Source: an uncultured delta proteobacterium
GTDB lineage: Bacteria; Desulfobacterota; Desulfobaccia; Desulfobaccales; 0-14-0-80-60-11
Assembly (NCBI GenBank): GCA_963812015.1
Contig: CAWETI010000003.1
Coordinates: 384,001 to 448,000, forward strand
DNA length: 64,000 bases
Direction of reading: 5' to 3'
The position numbers were made by a program, and so were the translations under genes. Each line of letters starts with the position of its first letter. The stretch's first letter is position 1. This document shows, one piece after another, positions 1-10,168 of the stretch. The notes below the pieces were generated by a model that made no database searches, had not been told where the DNA came from, and was given only the letters and a program-made list of their open reading frames with translations.

Positions 1-363
1 GCGCTCGGGGGCGGCGGCCAGGGTCGGCTCGTCCAAGCCCCAGTGGCCGCCGATGAGGAAGGCGAGGGGGCGGGAGGCCTCTTCCTGTTGGGTGAGCCAG
101 GCGGCGAAGGCTTCCGAGGAAAATTGACGGCCCTGGGGGGTGAGGGCCACCGCCCAGGCCCGGGGCGGGATCTGGGCCCGGAGACGCTCGCCTTCTTTGA
201 GCTTGAGGATTTCGGCGGACAGGCCGGAGCCCTCTGTTTCGGCCCGGACGCTCTTCAGGGAGAGGTCCAGGTAGGGTTGCAGGCGCTTGACGTAGAAGGC
301 CAGGCCCTCCTGGATGAAGGCTTGCCGGGTTTTGCCCACCATGAGGACGGTGACGTGGAGCAT
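1..363 (-). CDS. rlmH: 23S rRNA (pseudouridine-1915-N3)-methyltransferase, runs off window start
   Basis: Manual translation from ATG at 363: MLHVTVLMVGKTRQAFIQEGLAFYVKRL...LKEGERL...VALTPQGRQFSSEAFA...AFLIGGHWGL, matching RlmH SPOUT motifs. Not in the ORF track. Confidence 0.9.
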   Translation of the reverse strand, partial: MLHVTVLMVGKTRQAFIQEGLAFYVKRLQPYLDLSLKSVRAETEGSGLSAEILKLKEGERLRAQIPPRAWAVALTPQGRQFSSEAFAAWLTQQEEASRPLAFLIGGHWGLDEPTLAAAPER

Positions 364-384
364 GGAGCTAAGACAGGGCCGGGA

Positions 385-801
385 TCAGGGGGCCGGTTCG
401 CCGAGCAAGAGGAAGCGGCTTTTGCCCGAGGCGATGCGGGCGCCGTCGGCCAGGCGGGTGATTTCCCCTTCGGCCAGGCGGCGACTACCGTTTTTGGTGT
501 GAAGCACCCCCCGGACCAGGATTGGTTCATCGGGTTTGAGGGGGGCATGAAAGCGCACGTCCAGGCCCAGGGTGAGGCCGGGGCCGGCAAAATGCCACAC
601 GGCGTGGGCCATCATCTCATCCAAGAGGGTGGACAGGATGCCGCCGTGGATGACGTCGGCCCAGCCCTGGTATTCCTTGGGCAGGGAAAGTTCGGTCTCC
701 GCCGCCATTTCAGCCTCCAGGTAACGGACCGCGATCTTCAGCCCCCGGGGGTTGTCTTGGCCGCAGACGAAGCAGTAGTTGTCGGAGATGGGAGTAGTCA
801 T
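385..801 (-). CDS. PaaI-family (hotdog fold) thioesterase
   Basis: CFVCGQDNPRGL and YQGWADVIHGGILSTLLDE motifs; probable start ATG at 801. Confidence 0.85.
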   Translation of the reverse strand: MTTPISDNYCFVCGQDNPRGLKIAVRYLEAEMAAETELSLPKEYQGWADVIHGGILSTLLDEMMAHAVWHFAGPGLTLGLDVRFHAPLKPDEPILVRGVLHTKNGSRRLAEGEITRLADGARIASGKSRFLLLGEPAP

Positions 802-954
802 TTTGGGTAACGCCAGGCTTACTTGATGAGCGTTCTCCAGCAGGGGCTTGGGAACGAGTTTTGAGGGCACAGCACGCTAGGCCCCTGCATTCAAAAAACA
901 ATCAGAAGAACTTTTTGGCAATCGCTATAAACGAGAATTGCTTGCACCCATACA

Positions 955-980
955 TAGCACAGGCGAGACGCCTGTGCCAC
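955..980. repeat. REP-like palindrome (GCACAGGCGAGACGCCTGTGC type)
   Basis: Hairpin GCACAGGCG-aga-CGCCTGTGC; related copy at about 2700-2723. Confidence 0.7.
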
Positions 981-1116
981 TGGTCTTCCTTTTTCCGGAG
1001 AGTTTGAGGGGAGTTTTTCGTAAGGGCTTCCCCCAGCCCTCTCCTCATAATACTTCTTATACCAAGGTGCAGTCAAAGGACAATTAATGGCAAGATGCAA
1101 TAATAAAACCCAGGAT

Positions 1117-1178
1117 TGTAGGGGCGCACCCGCCTGTGCGCCCTCAACCAAGGGCGGACACATGGGTCCGCCCCTACA
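1117..1178. repeat. REP/BIME-like element (GTAGGGGCG...CGCCCCTAC)
   Basis: Terminal inverted repeat with two internal hairpins; GGGCGGACACATGGGTCCGCCCCTACA recurs exactly at about 32416-32442. Confidence 0.8.
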
Positions 1179-1207
1179 AAAAATTGCCGTTTGTTTGCGA
1201 TTTTGTA

Positions 1208-2680
1208 TTACTTCCTTTGCTTCGGGGTTAAGTCCAGCAGGGCGGCGATTTGGCCGGCCAGGTCCGGGACCAGGTCTTCCGGTTTGCTGCTTTTGGGGGT
1301 GAGCAATTGGGGCCGATTTTGGTACTCCGGCTTCGGCGTCACCTCGAATTCCGGGGGGAAGGAGTTTTCGAAGTACATCTGTTGGAAGCCGATGAATTTC
1401 AGGTGGTGGGCGGTGGCGTCCAGGACCGCGGCTTCGTCCTTCCCTAACAAACCTTCCTGCAAGGCCACCCGGAAGCCCGCCAGGGATTCGCCCCCCTGGG
1501 TGCAGGCGATATGGCCGTGGCGGTTGGCCAGGAGCATGGAGTCCATGATCTCCTGTTCGCTGACGTGGACCACGGCGACGCTGCCTTCGCCGGCCCGGCG
1601 ATGGTAATGCTCCACCAGGCGGATGACCCGGGGCATGGACACGGGGTTGCCGATCATGGCGGCCTGGGCCACGCTGGGCTGCACGGTTACCGGGGTGAAG
1701 ATGCGTTTGGCTTTATTCGCCTCAAGGTAGTAGCGGAACACCGGATCGGCGTGGCGGGACTGGACCCCGATGACCCGGGGCAGGGTCTCGATGATCTGGA
1801 GGTCGTGGAGGCGGAGAAATCCCTGCATGATGGCGGTGATGTTGCCGGCGTTGCCGATGGGCACCACCACGGCTCTTTTCGTAAGGTCGTAATCGAAGCT
1901 CTGGGCGATTTCGTAGGCGTAGGACTCCTGGCCCCGGATACGCCAGGAGTTCTTGGAATTCAGCAGGGCGACCTGGTAGTTATCGGCCAGGGCCTCCACC
2001 ACCTTCATGCAGTCGTCGAAGACGCCGGGGACTTCCAGGACCCGGGCGCCGCTGCCCAGGGGCTGGGCCAGTTGCTGGGGCGTGACCTTGCCGTGGGGCA
2101 GGAGCACGGCGGAGGCCACTTTATCCCCCAGGTAGGCGGAATAGAGGGCGGCGGCGGCGGAGGTGTCGCCGGTGGAGGCGCAGATGGCGAGCATCTTGCC
2201 GGCGCCGGGCTGATGGACCAGGAAGTTGAGGTAGCTCAGGGCGGCGGCCATGCCCCGGTCTTTGAAGGAGGCGCTGGGGTTCTGGCCGTCGTTCTTGAAA
2301 GAAAAAGGGGCCCCGACTTCGCTCTCAAGGTCGGCATTGGCCGCCACCTGGGGGGTGTGGCCTTCCCCCAGGTAGATGATGTCCATGAGAGGGATGACCG
2401 GGGCGATGAGTTCGTAATACCGGAAAATACCACTCAGGGCCGGGAGGTTGAGCATCCGGCGGTAATCGAAGAGCCGGCGCCAGAAGGCGCCAGGGCGCTC
2501 GGCAAGACGCGCCGCGTTTTTATCCTCCAGGAGGAACAAACCCCGGCAGTGAGGGCAGGTGTAGAGGAGCTCGGTAATATCGAATTCCGCGCCGCACTCC
2601 AGGCAGCGGTAGACCATCTCGCCGGTGGGGGAGGGGATGAGGTGGGGGCGGATGTCGTCGGGGAATTGTTCGGGTTTCAC
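1208..2680 (-). CDS. thrC: Threonine synthase with N-terminal Zn ribbon
   Basis: NPSASFKDRG PLP lysine, CASTGDTSAAAALY and PIGNAGN motifs; GGAGG RBS before GTG. Confidence 0.92.
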   Translation of the reverse strand: MKPEQFPDDIRPHLIPSPTGEMVYRCLECGAEFDITELLYTCPHCRGLFLLEDKNAARLAERPGAFWRRLFDYRRMLNLPALSGIFRYYELIAPVIPLMDIIYLGEGHTPQVAANADLESEVGAPFSFKNDGQNPSASFKDRGMAAALSYLNFLVHQPGAGKMLAICASTGDTSAAAALYSAYLGDKVASAVLLPHGKVTPQQLAQPLGSGARVLEVPGVFDDCMKVVEALADNYQVALLNSKNSWRIRGQESYAYEIAQSFDYDLTKRAVVVPIGNAGNITAIMQGFLRLHDLQIIETLPRVIGVQSRHADPVFRYYLEANKAKRIFTPVTVQPSVAQAAMIGNPVSMPRVIRLVEHYHRRAGEGSVAVVHVSEQEIMDSMLLANRHGHIACTQGGESLAGFRVALQEGLLGKDEAAVLDATAHHLKFIGFQQMYFENSFPPEFEVTPKPEYQNRPQLLTPKSSKPEDLVPDLAGQIAALLDLTPKQRK

Positions 2681-2699
2681 TAATCCTCCGGATTAAGAC

Positions 2700-3025
2700 T
2701 CAGGCGAGAAGCCTGTGTCACCAGTCTTAATTAATCGAAGCATAAAGTTAATTGTCTAACCATAGGGGTGGTTCGCGAACCGCCCCTACAAGAGCAACCC
2801 TTGATTGAATCGATTATTTTCCGGTTCCCAATCTCCCGCTTGGGAACCAGATTGAAAAACTCTTCCTCCGTAAAAGGCCGCCATAAACATTGTGCCCGGA
2901 ACGTCTTGTAATATTTTTAACCATTCCTTCTTGGTGGGGCGGCCGTTTCTGGCCGCCCAGTTGAAGGCGGGCACGGAGGCCCGCTCCACCAATATTTATG
3001 CGCAGGCTAAAGCCTGCGGCTACCT
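2700..3025. repeat. Cluster of four different REP-like palindromes
   Basis: CAGGCGAGAAGCCTG; TAGGGGTGGTTCGCGAACCGCCCCTA; TGGTGGGGCGG...CCGCTCCACCA; CGCAGGCTAAAGCCTGCG. Confidence 0.7.
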
Positions 3026-3028
3026 GGT

Positions 3029-4399
3029 TCAGGTAGTCAGGTGATACTTTTTCAGCTTGTACTGGAGCAGGCTTTTGGTGATGCCCAGGAGTTCGGCGGC
3101 CCGGACCTGGACCTGGCCGCTTTTTTCTAGGGCCCGGCGGATCATTTGCTCCTCAATGGCATCCAGGGCCTCGGGCAACGGGGTATGTAACGGGATGAAG
3201 CGGTCAACGTCCAGGGTGGACTCGGAGGGGGCGGGGGCCAACTCGCCCGGCAGGTCATGGGGGCTGATGATATTGTTGCTGCACAGGATCACGGCCCGCT
3301 CCATGACGTTTTCCAGCTCCCGGACATTTCCGGGCCAGGAGTAGTTGATCAGCACCTTCAAGGCCTCCGGGGTGATGCGGGTCTTGTCCCGGAGGTTTTC
3401 CTGGACATACTTTTTGATGAAGTGGGCCGCCAGCAGGGGGATGTCTTCCTGGCGCTGGCGCAGGGGGGGGAGGTGGAGGTGGACCACGTTGAGGCGATAG
3501 AACAGGTCCTCCCGGAAGCGCCCGGCTTCCACCTCCTCTTTCAGGTCCCGGTTGGAGGCGGCCACCACCCGGACATCCACTTTGATGGTCCGGGCGCCCC
3601 CCACCCGTTCGAATTCCATTTCCTGGAGCACCCGGAGGAGCTTGACCTGAAGCCCCTGGGACATTTCCGCCACTTCGTCCATAAAGAGGGTGCCGCCATC
3701 GGCCAGCTCGAACCGACCTTTGCGCATAGCCACCGCGTGGGTGAAGGCGCCCCGCTCATGGCCGAAGAGTTCACTCTCGAGCAGGGTTTCCGTCAAGGCG
3801 GCGCAGTTGACGGAGATGCAGGTTTTGGCGGCCCTGGTGCTGCACTGGTGGATGGCCCGGGCGATGAGTTCTTTGCCGGTGCCGCTCTCGCCGGTGATCA
3901 GGACCGTGGCCCGGGATTGGGCCACGCGCTTGACCAGGGCCAGGATGTCCTCCATGACCCGGGACTCACCCACGATATTGGGGAAGCCGTATTTTTTCTC
4001 CAATTCCTGGTTGAGCAGGCGATTCTTGAGGATGAGGTGGCGGTGCTCCAGGGCCTTGGCGATGGTGATCAGGATCTCTTCGTTTTTGAAAGGCTTGAGG
4101 ATGTAATCAAAGGCGCCTTTTTTCATGGCCGAGACCGCTTTTTCCACGGTGCCGTAGGCGGTCATGATGATCACCGGGAGTTCCGGATAGAGTTGCTGCA
4201 ATTTTTCTAAAAGCTCGATGCCGCTCATCTTGGGCATCTTCATGTCGGTGAGCACGAGGTCCAGATCGGAGGCCCCGGCGATCTTCACGGCCTCGAGGGC
4301 ATTGGGGGCAGTGAGGACTTCATAGCCCGCCTCCCCCAGGAGGGTCTCCATGACGGTGAGATAATTGATTTCGTCATCAACGACTAAGATAGTATCCAT
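3029..4399 (-). CDS. Sigma54-dependent response regulator (NtrC family)
   Basis: Receiver domain, GESGTGKE Walker A, GAFTHA (GAFTGA variant), WPGNVREL, Fis-type HTH. Confidence 0.93.
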   Translation of the reverse strand: MDTILVVDDEINYLTVMETLLGEAGYEVLTAPNALEAVKIAGASDLDLVLTDMKMPKMSGIELLEKLQQLYPELPVIIMTAYGTVEKAVSAMKKGAFDYILKPFKNEEILITIAKALEHRHLILKNRLLNQELEKKYGFPNIVGESRVMEDILALVKRVAQSRATVLITGESGTGKELIARAIHQCSTRAAKTCISVNCAALTETLLESELFGHERGAFTHAVAMRKGRFELADGGTLFMDEVAEMSQGLQVKLLRVLQEMEFERVGGARTIKVDVRVVAASNRDLKEEVEAGRFREDLFYRLNVVHLHLPPLRQRQEDIPLLAAHFIKKYVQENLRDKTRITPEALKVLINYSWPGNVRELENVMERAVILCSNNIISPHDLPGELAPAPSESTLDVDRFIPLHTPLPEALDAIEEQMIRRALEKSGQVQVRAAELLGITKSLLQYKLKKYHLTT

Positions 4400-4452
4400 G
4401 GTTATCCGGACTCACTTTTGACGGCAACAGGTTGTGGGTCGACGTGCACTAA

Positions 4453-5928
4453 TTACTTGGATTGAGAAACCATTTTTGGCATCGTCAGTTCGGGAATCAT
4501 CAGGGTGACCGTGGTGCCGTTTTCCGGGGTGCTGTTGATCTGCAAGTTCCCCTGATGAACCTCGATGATGCTTTTGACAATGGGCAGGCCCAGGCCGCTG
4601 CCTTTTTCCTTGGTGGTAAAAAACGGGTTCAGGATCTTCTTTAAGGTCTCGGGATCGATGCCCTCGCCATCATCCTGGAAACGGATTTCTCCTCCATGAC
4701 CGCGGGGTCCGGGCAGGGTGGACACGGTGAGGTGGCCGCCGTGGGACATGGCCTGGATGGCGTTCAGGAGGATATTCAAGAAGGCCTGATGCAAGAGATC
4801 CTGGTCGACCACCAGGGGCCGGCCGTTCAGTTGATAATTTCGGGTGACGGTGATGCCCAGGCGGTGGATTTCGGGCTGGAGCAATTCCAGGTTTCGGTTG
4901 ATCAGGGCCTCCAGATCACAGGGGCGCAAGTTGGGGAGGCGGGGCCGGGCAAAATCCAAAAATTCCGTAACTTTTTCATTGAGGCGGTTGGACTCTTCGA
5001 CGATGATCCGGGCCAGGCGATTGTCGGGTTCATAGCGGGCCAGTCGTTCTTGGAGGAGCTCGGCGGTGGAACTGATGATCCCCAGGGGGTTGCGGACCTC
5101 GTGGGCGACCCCGGCGGTCATTTCCCCCAGGGCCGCCAGGCGCTCGGACTGGTGGAGTTGGGCTTCCAGGCTGCGCTGCTCTTCCTGGCGCCGCTCCAGG
5201 ATAATTCCGGCCTTCTTGACAATTTGCCGCAACACGATAAATAACAGGCCCATGATCACTATCAGGGTGACCAGGATGATTATCCGGAAATTGGCGATTT
5301 CGGCCATATCTCCGGAGATATTCTGGGTGATCTCGATTACGCCCACGACCGGACCGGTCTGGGGCAAGAGCTTTTGCTCCAGCCGGAAGGGGATGTAAGC
5401 CCTGAGATACTTGTTATGAGCACTCCGGGGCCAGAAGACGCTCCAGAAGGTGCTGTAGCCGGGCAACTCGAAGTAATTTTGTCCGTCCAGGGCCTTTTTT
5501 ACCCCCAGGACATTGTCACATTTTGCCCCCAGGGGCTGGCTGGCGGTGCTGTAGGAGAAGACGCCCTCCTGATCGTACTGGTTCAGTTGCTCGACGTGGA
5601 AGCCATGGATAGTGGTACGGATCACCATGTCCAGGCGCTGGGATTGCTCCGGGTCCGACAGGGTAATGCGGCCGCCCTTTTCGAAGGCGGTGGGCAGGAC
5701 GAATTGCTGATAGATCTGGTGATTCAAGTTGGAGGCCAGCAGGATCAGATAGTCTTCGTTTTTTTTCAGGGCCATCTGCTGGGCCCGGAGGGTCAGGAGC
5801 ACCGTCAGGATGACGGTAAACACCAGGATGACCACAAAGCCGGGCAAGGAGAAGAATTTTACCAGGCCGAAGGTGTCCAGGTCTTTCCCCGGGCGCCACC
5901 AGGAGGTAGTGAGTTTCAGGGGCTTCAT
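4453..5928 (-). CDS. Membrane sensor histidine kinase
   Basis: Two TM helices, AHEVRNPL H-box, NAIQAM, DDGEGI, FFTTKEKGSGLGL. Confidence 0.93.
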   Translation of the reverse strand: MKPLKLTTSWWRPGKDLDTFGLVKFFSLPGFVVILVFTVILTVLLTLRAQQMALKKNEDYLILLASNLNHQIYQQFVLPTAFEKGGRITLSDPEQSQRLDMVIRTTIHGFHVEQLNQYDQEGVFSYSTASQPLGAKCDNVLGVKKALDGQNYFELPGYSTFWSVFWPRSAHNKYLRAYIPFRLEQKLLPQTGPVVGVIEITQNISGDMAEIANFRIIILVTLIVIMGLLFIVLRQIVKKAGIILERRQEEQRSLEAQLHQSERLAALGEMTAGVAHEVRNPLGIISSTAELLQERLARYEPDNRLARIIVEESNRLNEKVTEFLDFARPRLPNLRPCDLEALINRNLELLQPEIHRLGITVTRNYQLNGRPLVVDQDLLHQAFLNILLNAIQAMSHGGHLTVSTLPGPRGHGGEIRFQDDGEGIDPETLKKILNPFFTTKEKGSGLGLPIVKSIIEVHQGNLQINSTPENGTTVTLMIPELTMPKMVSQSK

Positions 5929-5934
5929 GATGGC

Positions 5935-7380
5935 TCAGGCAATCCGGTATTTCTCCAAAGCGGGGAGGGCGTCGGTGAATTCCCGCTGGTGGTTTTCGAA
6001 GCCCGGCCGGCCCATCAGGCCATAGGTGGTTTGTTTGCCCCCCTCCACTCCCGGCTGGTCGAAGGCATTGACCCCGAAGAGGGAGGCTGCGGCTACGGTC
6101 ACTACCTCCAGAAGATAGATTAATTGCCCGATGGTAAAGGGATTGATCTCCGGCAGGTTCAAGGTCAGATTGGGCCGACCGGCCTTCATGAGGTTGAAGG
6201 CGGTGGCCTGCTGCTCCACCCGGAGCAGTTCATTCAAGGAGTGTCCTGCCAGATAGCTCAGGGCTTCCTGGTCGGGATAAAGGTCGGGGATCTCCAGGTG
6301 ATTCTTGAACTTACCCACGGTCAGGAAAGTGATCAGCTTGTCGGGAGGCCCTTCCATGTAAAGCTGTAATTGGGAATGCTGATCGGTGGCGCCCAGGGCC
6401 CGGACCGGGGTGCTGCCGGCATGCACGGGGTTGCCTTGAAGATCACGCTGCTTTCCCAGGCTTTCGGCCCAGAGTTGGCCGAACCAATCCGCCATCCCGG
6501 CCAGGGTGCTGGCATAGGGCATGAACACCAGGATGGGCCGCGCTTTGGCGGTGGCGTAGAGATAAAAGAGGGCAGCCAGACGATAGGCCGGATTGCGGTC
6601 CGGGTCGGCGTCGTTAAGGCGCTGATCCATGAAGCGGGCCCCGGCCAGGAGTTCCTCGACGTCAATGCCGGCCAGGAAGGCGGGCAGCAAGCCCACGGCG
6701 GAGAGGACCGAGAAGCGCCCCCCCACATTGGGGGGAACGGCCAGGGAAGCGAGGTGTTCTTTGGCGACCAGGCTCCGGAGCGGCCCTTTTTCCGGGTCGG
6801 TGGTGAGGACGAGGCGCTCCCGGGCTTTAACCTCCCCCACCCGGCCCTTTAACAGCTGGTAAATCCAGAGGAACTGGGCCAGGGTTTCGGCGGTATTGCC
6901 GGATTTGCTGATGACGTTGAAGCCGGTGCGGCGCATATCCAGGCCGTCCAGCATGCCGTACAAGTAGTCAGGATCAATGTTGTCGGCCACCCAGACCCCG
7001 ACCTTATGTTGGCGGCGGGCCATGGGGAGCTTGTTGTGTTGAGGGTGGCACAAGGCCTGATGCAGGGCCCGGGCTCCCAGGGCGGAGCCGCCGATGCCCA
7101 GGACCACCACATCCCAGCACCATTCCAGCAGGGGTTTGGCAATCCGGCGGACCTCTTTGACGACCTGGTCCTGGTAGGGCAACTCCATGAAACCCAGCTG
7201 ACCGCTCTTTTTTTGAACGGCCAGGTCTTGATGGAAGGCCCGCAGCCGGGGAGCCAAGGAGTCCAGGTCCGTTTCTTTCAGACCGGGCTCTCCCAGGAAC
7301 TCTGCCATGGCATAATTGTGGTCAAGGCTCAGTATCATGCTCTGGACCCACTTGGGGTCTTCGTAGCGCTTCATGGACAT
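5935..7380 (-). CDS. pgi: Glucose-6-phosphate isomerase
   Basis: GIGGSALG, SKSGNTAET, GGRFSVLS, QLWAESLGK, DQHSQLQ and FDQPGVE motifs. Confidence 0.95.
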   Translation of the reverse strand: MSMKRYEDPKWVQSMILSLDHNYAMAEFLGEPGLKETDLDSLAPRLRAFHQDLAVQKKSGQLGFMELPYQDQVVKEVRRIAKPLLEWCWDVVVLGIGGSALGARALHQALCHPQHNKLPMARRQHKVGVWVADNIDPDYLYGMLDGLDMRRTGFNVISKSGNTAETLAQFLWIYQLLKGRVGEVKARERLVLTTDPEKGPLRSLVAKEHLASLAVPPNVGGRFSVLSAVGLLPAFLAGIDVEELLAGARFMDQRLNDADPDRNPAYRLAALFYLYATAKARPILVFMPYASTLAGMADWFGQLWAESLGKQRDLQGNPVHAGSTPVRALGATDQHSQLQLYMEGPPDKLITFLTVGKFKNHLEIPDLYPDQEALSYLAGHSLNELLRVEQQATAFNLMKAGRPNLTLNLPEINPFTIGQLIYLLEVVTVAAASLFGVNAFDQPGVEGGKQTTYGLMGRPGFENHQREFTDALPALEKYRIA

Positions 7381-7576
7381 CTCGCTTTCTGGGGTGCGGC
7401 CGGTTCACAGCCGGGACCGAAAAATATCTTGGTTTAAAAACTTTAGCCCAGAGTGCCGGGAGATTCAAGGGGAATCGGCGCCAGAGGTGATGGCCGAATC
7501 TCCGCTTGACATCATATAAGCTCTGCCCTTAAGGTGCTTTTATTATAACAAAAAGGATGCCAGATGGGTGCGCCCC

Positions 7577-7603
7577 TTTACAACCTGTAAAAATTATTGA
7601 CAG
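7577..7603. promoter_or_regulatory. Putative enhancer (bEBP-binding) site, copy 1
   Basis: TTTACA-acc-TGTAAA-AATTATTGACAG; near-identical motif at 18725 and 25916. Confidence 0.75.
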
Positions 7604-7696
7604 AAACCGAGGTGAACCGCGTTTCCGGCTTGGCTAGGTAAGCAGAATCATGGTAAAATTTCAATGAGTTGTCCATTGTGAGGGGGCCGGGCCGGC

Positions 7697-7713
7697 TTGG
7701 AACGAGCATTGCT
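7697..7713 (+). promoter_or_regulatory. Sigma54 -24/-12 promoter
   Basis: TTGGAACGAGCATTGCT (GG-N10-GC), GG 122 bp after enhancer start. Confidence 0.7.
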
Positions 7714-7824
7714 TAGTAAATCTGTGCGGTGGTATGTGCGGATGAACTGGAATTGATGAAGCCGGGAAAATCGCCGGGACGAACCGGCGGCCCTGGGCTA
7801 ACTCCTTGACGTGAAGGTGCGCTG

Positions 7825-9480
7825 ATGGAAGCCAAACTATACCGGAAATTATGGTGGGACATCATCCTGGCCACCCTCAGTTTTTCCGTATTCCCTCTGT
7901 TTATCCTGGGAGGGGTGATTTATCACCAGTTCAGTGTCTCCTATACCGCCAAGATCATGGACGACATGAAAACGCTGGCGGAAAATCGAGCCAGTTCCAT
8001 TGACTTGTTCCTGGAGGAACGGATTTCGCAGCTCACCGGTCTAGCGCACACTCATTCCCTGGACCAATTGCAGAACGAGGATTATTTAAGCAAGGTGTTC
8101 AACATTATCCAGACCCGCTCCAAGTCATTTATGGATGTGGGAATCATCGACGAGGACGGCAACCACCTGGCCTATGTGGGACCATACTATACTCTTCTCA
8201 AGAAGGTAAATTACAAGGATGAGACATGGTTTCATGAGGTCATGGCCACCGGGGTGTACGTCAGCGATGTATTTCTGGGATTCAGGAAAGTCCCGCATTT
8301 CATCATTGCGGTACTGGTGCGGGAAAAGAACCGGAGTTGGATCCTCAGGGCCACCATTGATGCGCACATCATCGACAATATCGTGCGGGCCGCCTGGATC
8401 GGCAAAAGAGGCGACGCCTTTATGATCAACCGGGAGAATATCTTGCAGACCACGCCCCGGTTCAGCGGCGGCGTTATGGAAGCGCCCGCCGCGCCCAATT
8501 TTTCCGCAGCCACCAAAAGCATGGTGGAGGAAATAGACTTTAAAGGGGAAAATTTGCTCTATGCCACCAGCATCGTCAAACTGAAAAAGTGGGTTCTGGT
8601 CATCCGGGAGGAGCCCACGGAACAATTGACGCCGCTGTTGCGAGCGAGGTTTCTCGCAATCTTGATAGCTTTGGGTGGGTTGTTGCTCATCATCATCGGG
8701 GCGGTGATTACCACCCGGTCGATGATGAAGGAACTCATGCAGATGGACCGGAAGAAGGCGGCCAGCGATGAAGTGGCGATGCAATCCAGCAAGATGGCGG
8801 CTCTGGGCAAAATGGCGGCGGGCATCGCCCATGAAATCAACAACCCGCTGGCGGTGATCGGGGAGAAGGCGGGCTGGATGAAGGACCTGCTGGGCATGGA
8901 GGAACTGGCCAAGAGTGAAAATTTCCAGGAACTGTCTGATGCGGTGAACAAGATCGAGTACCACGTGGTGCGGGCCAAGACGGTGACCCACCGCCTGTTG
9001 GGGTTTGCCCGGCGGATGGAGCCGATGGAGGAGCGGGTCAATATTAACGAGATCCTGGATGAGAGCATCGACTTTTTGGAGAATGATGCTCGCTACCGCA
9101 GCATCGATATCCAGACGAATTACGCTCCGGGTCTGCCGTTGACCACCACGGACCAGGCCCAGTTGCAGCAGGTGTTCCTAAACATCGTTAACAATGCCAT
9201 CGACGCCATCGGCAAAGATGGGGAGATCACCATCAACACCAGGGCCATAACGAAAAATAACGAAATTTGCGTTGAGATCAGCGATAATGGGCCGGGGATT
9301 CCCAAAGACGTGTTACAAAAAATCTTCGACCCCTTCTTCACCACCAAGGAGGTGGGCAAGGGCACCGGCTTAGGTTTATCCATCTCTTATAGCATTATCG
9401 AGAAATTAGGCGGCCGGATTATGGTGGCCAGCGAGGAAGGCCACGGCACCATTTTTACCATTTATTTACCGGTGAGATGA
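7825..9480 (+). CDS. Sensor histidine kinase with periplasmic Cache-like domain
   Basis: Two TM helices, [29 protein letters not shown]. Confidence 0.92.
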   Translation: MEAKLYRKLWWDIILATLSFSVFPLFILGGVIYHQFSVSYTAKIMDDMKTLAENRASSIDLFLEERISQLTGLAHTHSLDQLQNEDYLSKVFNIIQTRSKSFMDVGIIDEDGNHLAYVGPYYTLLKKVNYKDETWFHEVMATGVYVSDVFLGFRKVPHFIIAVLVREKNRSWILRATIDAHIIDNIVRAAWIGKRGDAFMINRENILQTTPRFSGGVMEAPAAPNFSAATKSMVEEIDFKGENLLYATSIVKLKKWVLVIREEPTEQLTPLLRARFLAILIALGGLLLIIIGAVITTRSMMKELMQMDRKKAASDEVAMQSSKMAALGKMAAGIAHEINNPLAVIGEKAGWMKDLLGMEELAKSENFQELSDAVNKIEYHVVRAKTVTHRLLGFARRMEPMEERVNINEILDESIDFLENDARYRSIDIQTNYAPGLPLTTTDQAQLQQVFLNIVNNAIDAIGKDGEITINTRAITKNNEICVEISDNGPGIPKDVLQKIFDPFFTTKEVGKGTGLGLSISYSIIEKLGGRIMVASEEGHGTIFTIYLPVR

Positions 9481-9497
9481 CTTGAGGAGGCGACGGC

Positions 9498-9887
9498 ATG
9501 GAGCAGTTTAAGATTCTGATTGTGGATGATGAGCAGGACTTCCTGGAAACCATTCTCAAGCGGCTGAAGGCCAGGAAAATTGAGGTCACCGGGGTGGGCA
9601 CCGGCTATAAGGCCCTGGAATTTGTGGATGACCATGACGTGGATGTCATCATCCTGGATGTCAAGATGCCGGGGATGGACGGCATCGAAACGTTGCGGGA
9701 GATCAAGAAAAAGAAACCACTGGTGGAAGTCATCATGCTCACCGGCCACGCCTCGGTGGAATCGGGCATTCAGGGCATGCAACTGGGGGCCTTTGATTAT
9801 GTCATGAAACCCGTGGCCCTGGACGAGTTGCTGGAGAAGGTGCGCCAGGCGTATGAAAGAAAGGTGATCCGCGAAGGGAAACCTTGA
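9498..9887 (+). CDS. Single-domain response regulator
   Basis: VDDE, LDVKMPGMDG, LTGH, YVMKP; no output domain. Confidence 0.92.
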   Translation: MEQFKILIVDDEQDFLETILKRLKARKIEVTGVGTGYKALEFVDDHDVDVIILDVKMPGMDGIETLREIKKKKPLVEVIMLTGHASVESGIQGMQLGAFDYVMKPVALDELLEKVRQAYERKVIREGKP

Positions 9888-10168
9888 GGGTGGGCAACCA
9901 GGAAAGGTGCCGAAGGCAAGCTTAACGGATTTTCGCCGGTATGCGGTTGACTGGGGGCCCGGGGGAAGTCCCCCGGGCGTTACTCCGGTTTTTTTGTAAG
10001 CTCGTGTAAAACCGGTTTTGCCTGTCATGCTGAACGCGGTGAAAGACCGCATCTATTTGAATTTAGGCTATATTCTTCGCCTGGCTCAGGACGGCCATGC
10101 TCTATCAATCCAGGTTTTGAAACGGCTTGTAGGCTTGCGGTGGTGGACGCCGGAGGTGGATAAGGGGG

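Noticed and set aside
43..810. Long antisense ORFs (also 1511-2683, 16625-18532, 24034-25623, 26443-27648, 52929-53750)
   Set aside because: Shadow frames of GC-rich genes on the opposite strand, with no motifs of their own.
7547..7563. Minus-strand sigma54-like CTGGCATCCTTTTTGT facing pgi
   Set aside because: The -12 element is GT not GC and it lies only about 15 bp from the enhancer; not supportable.
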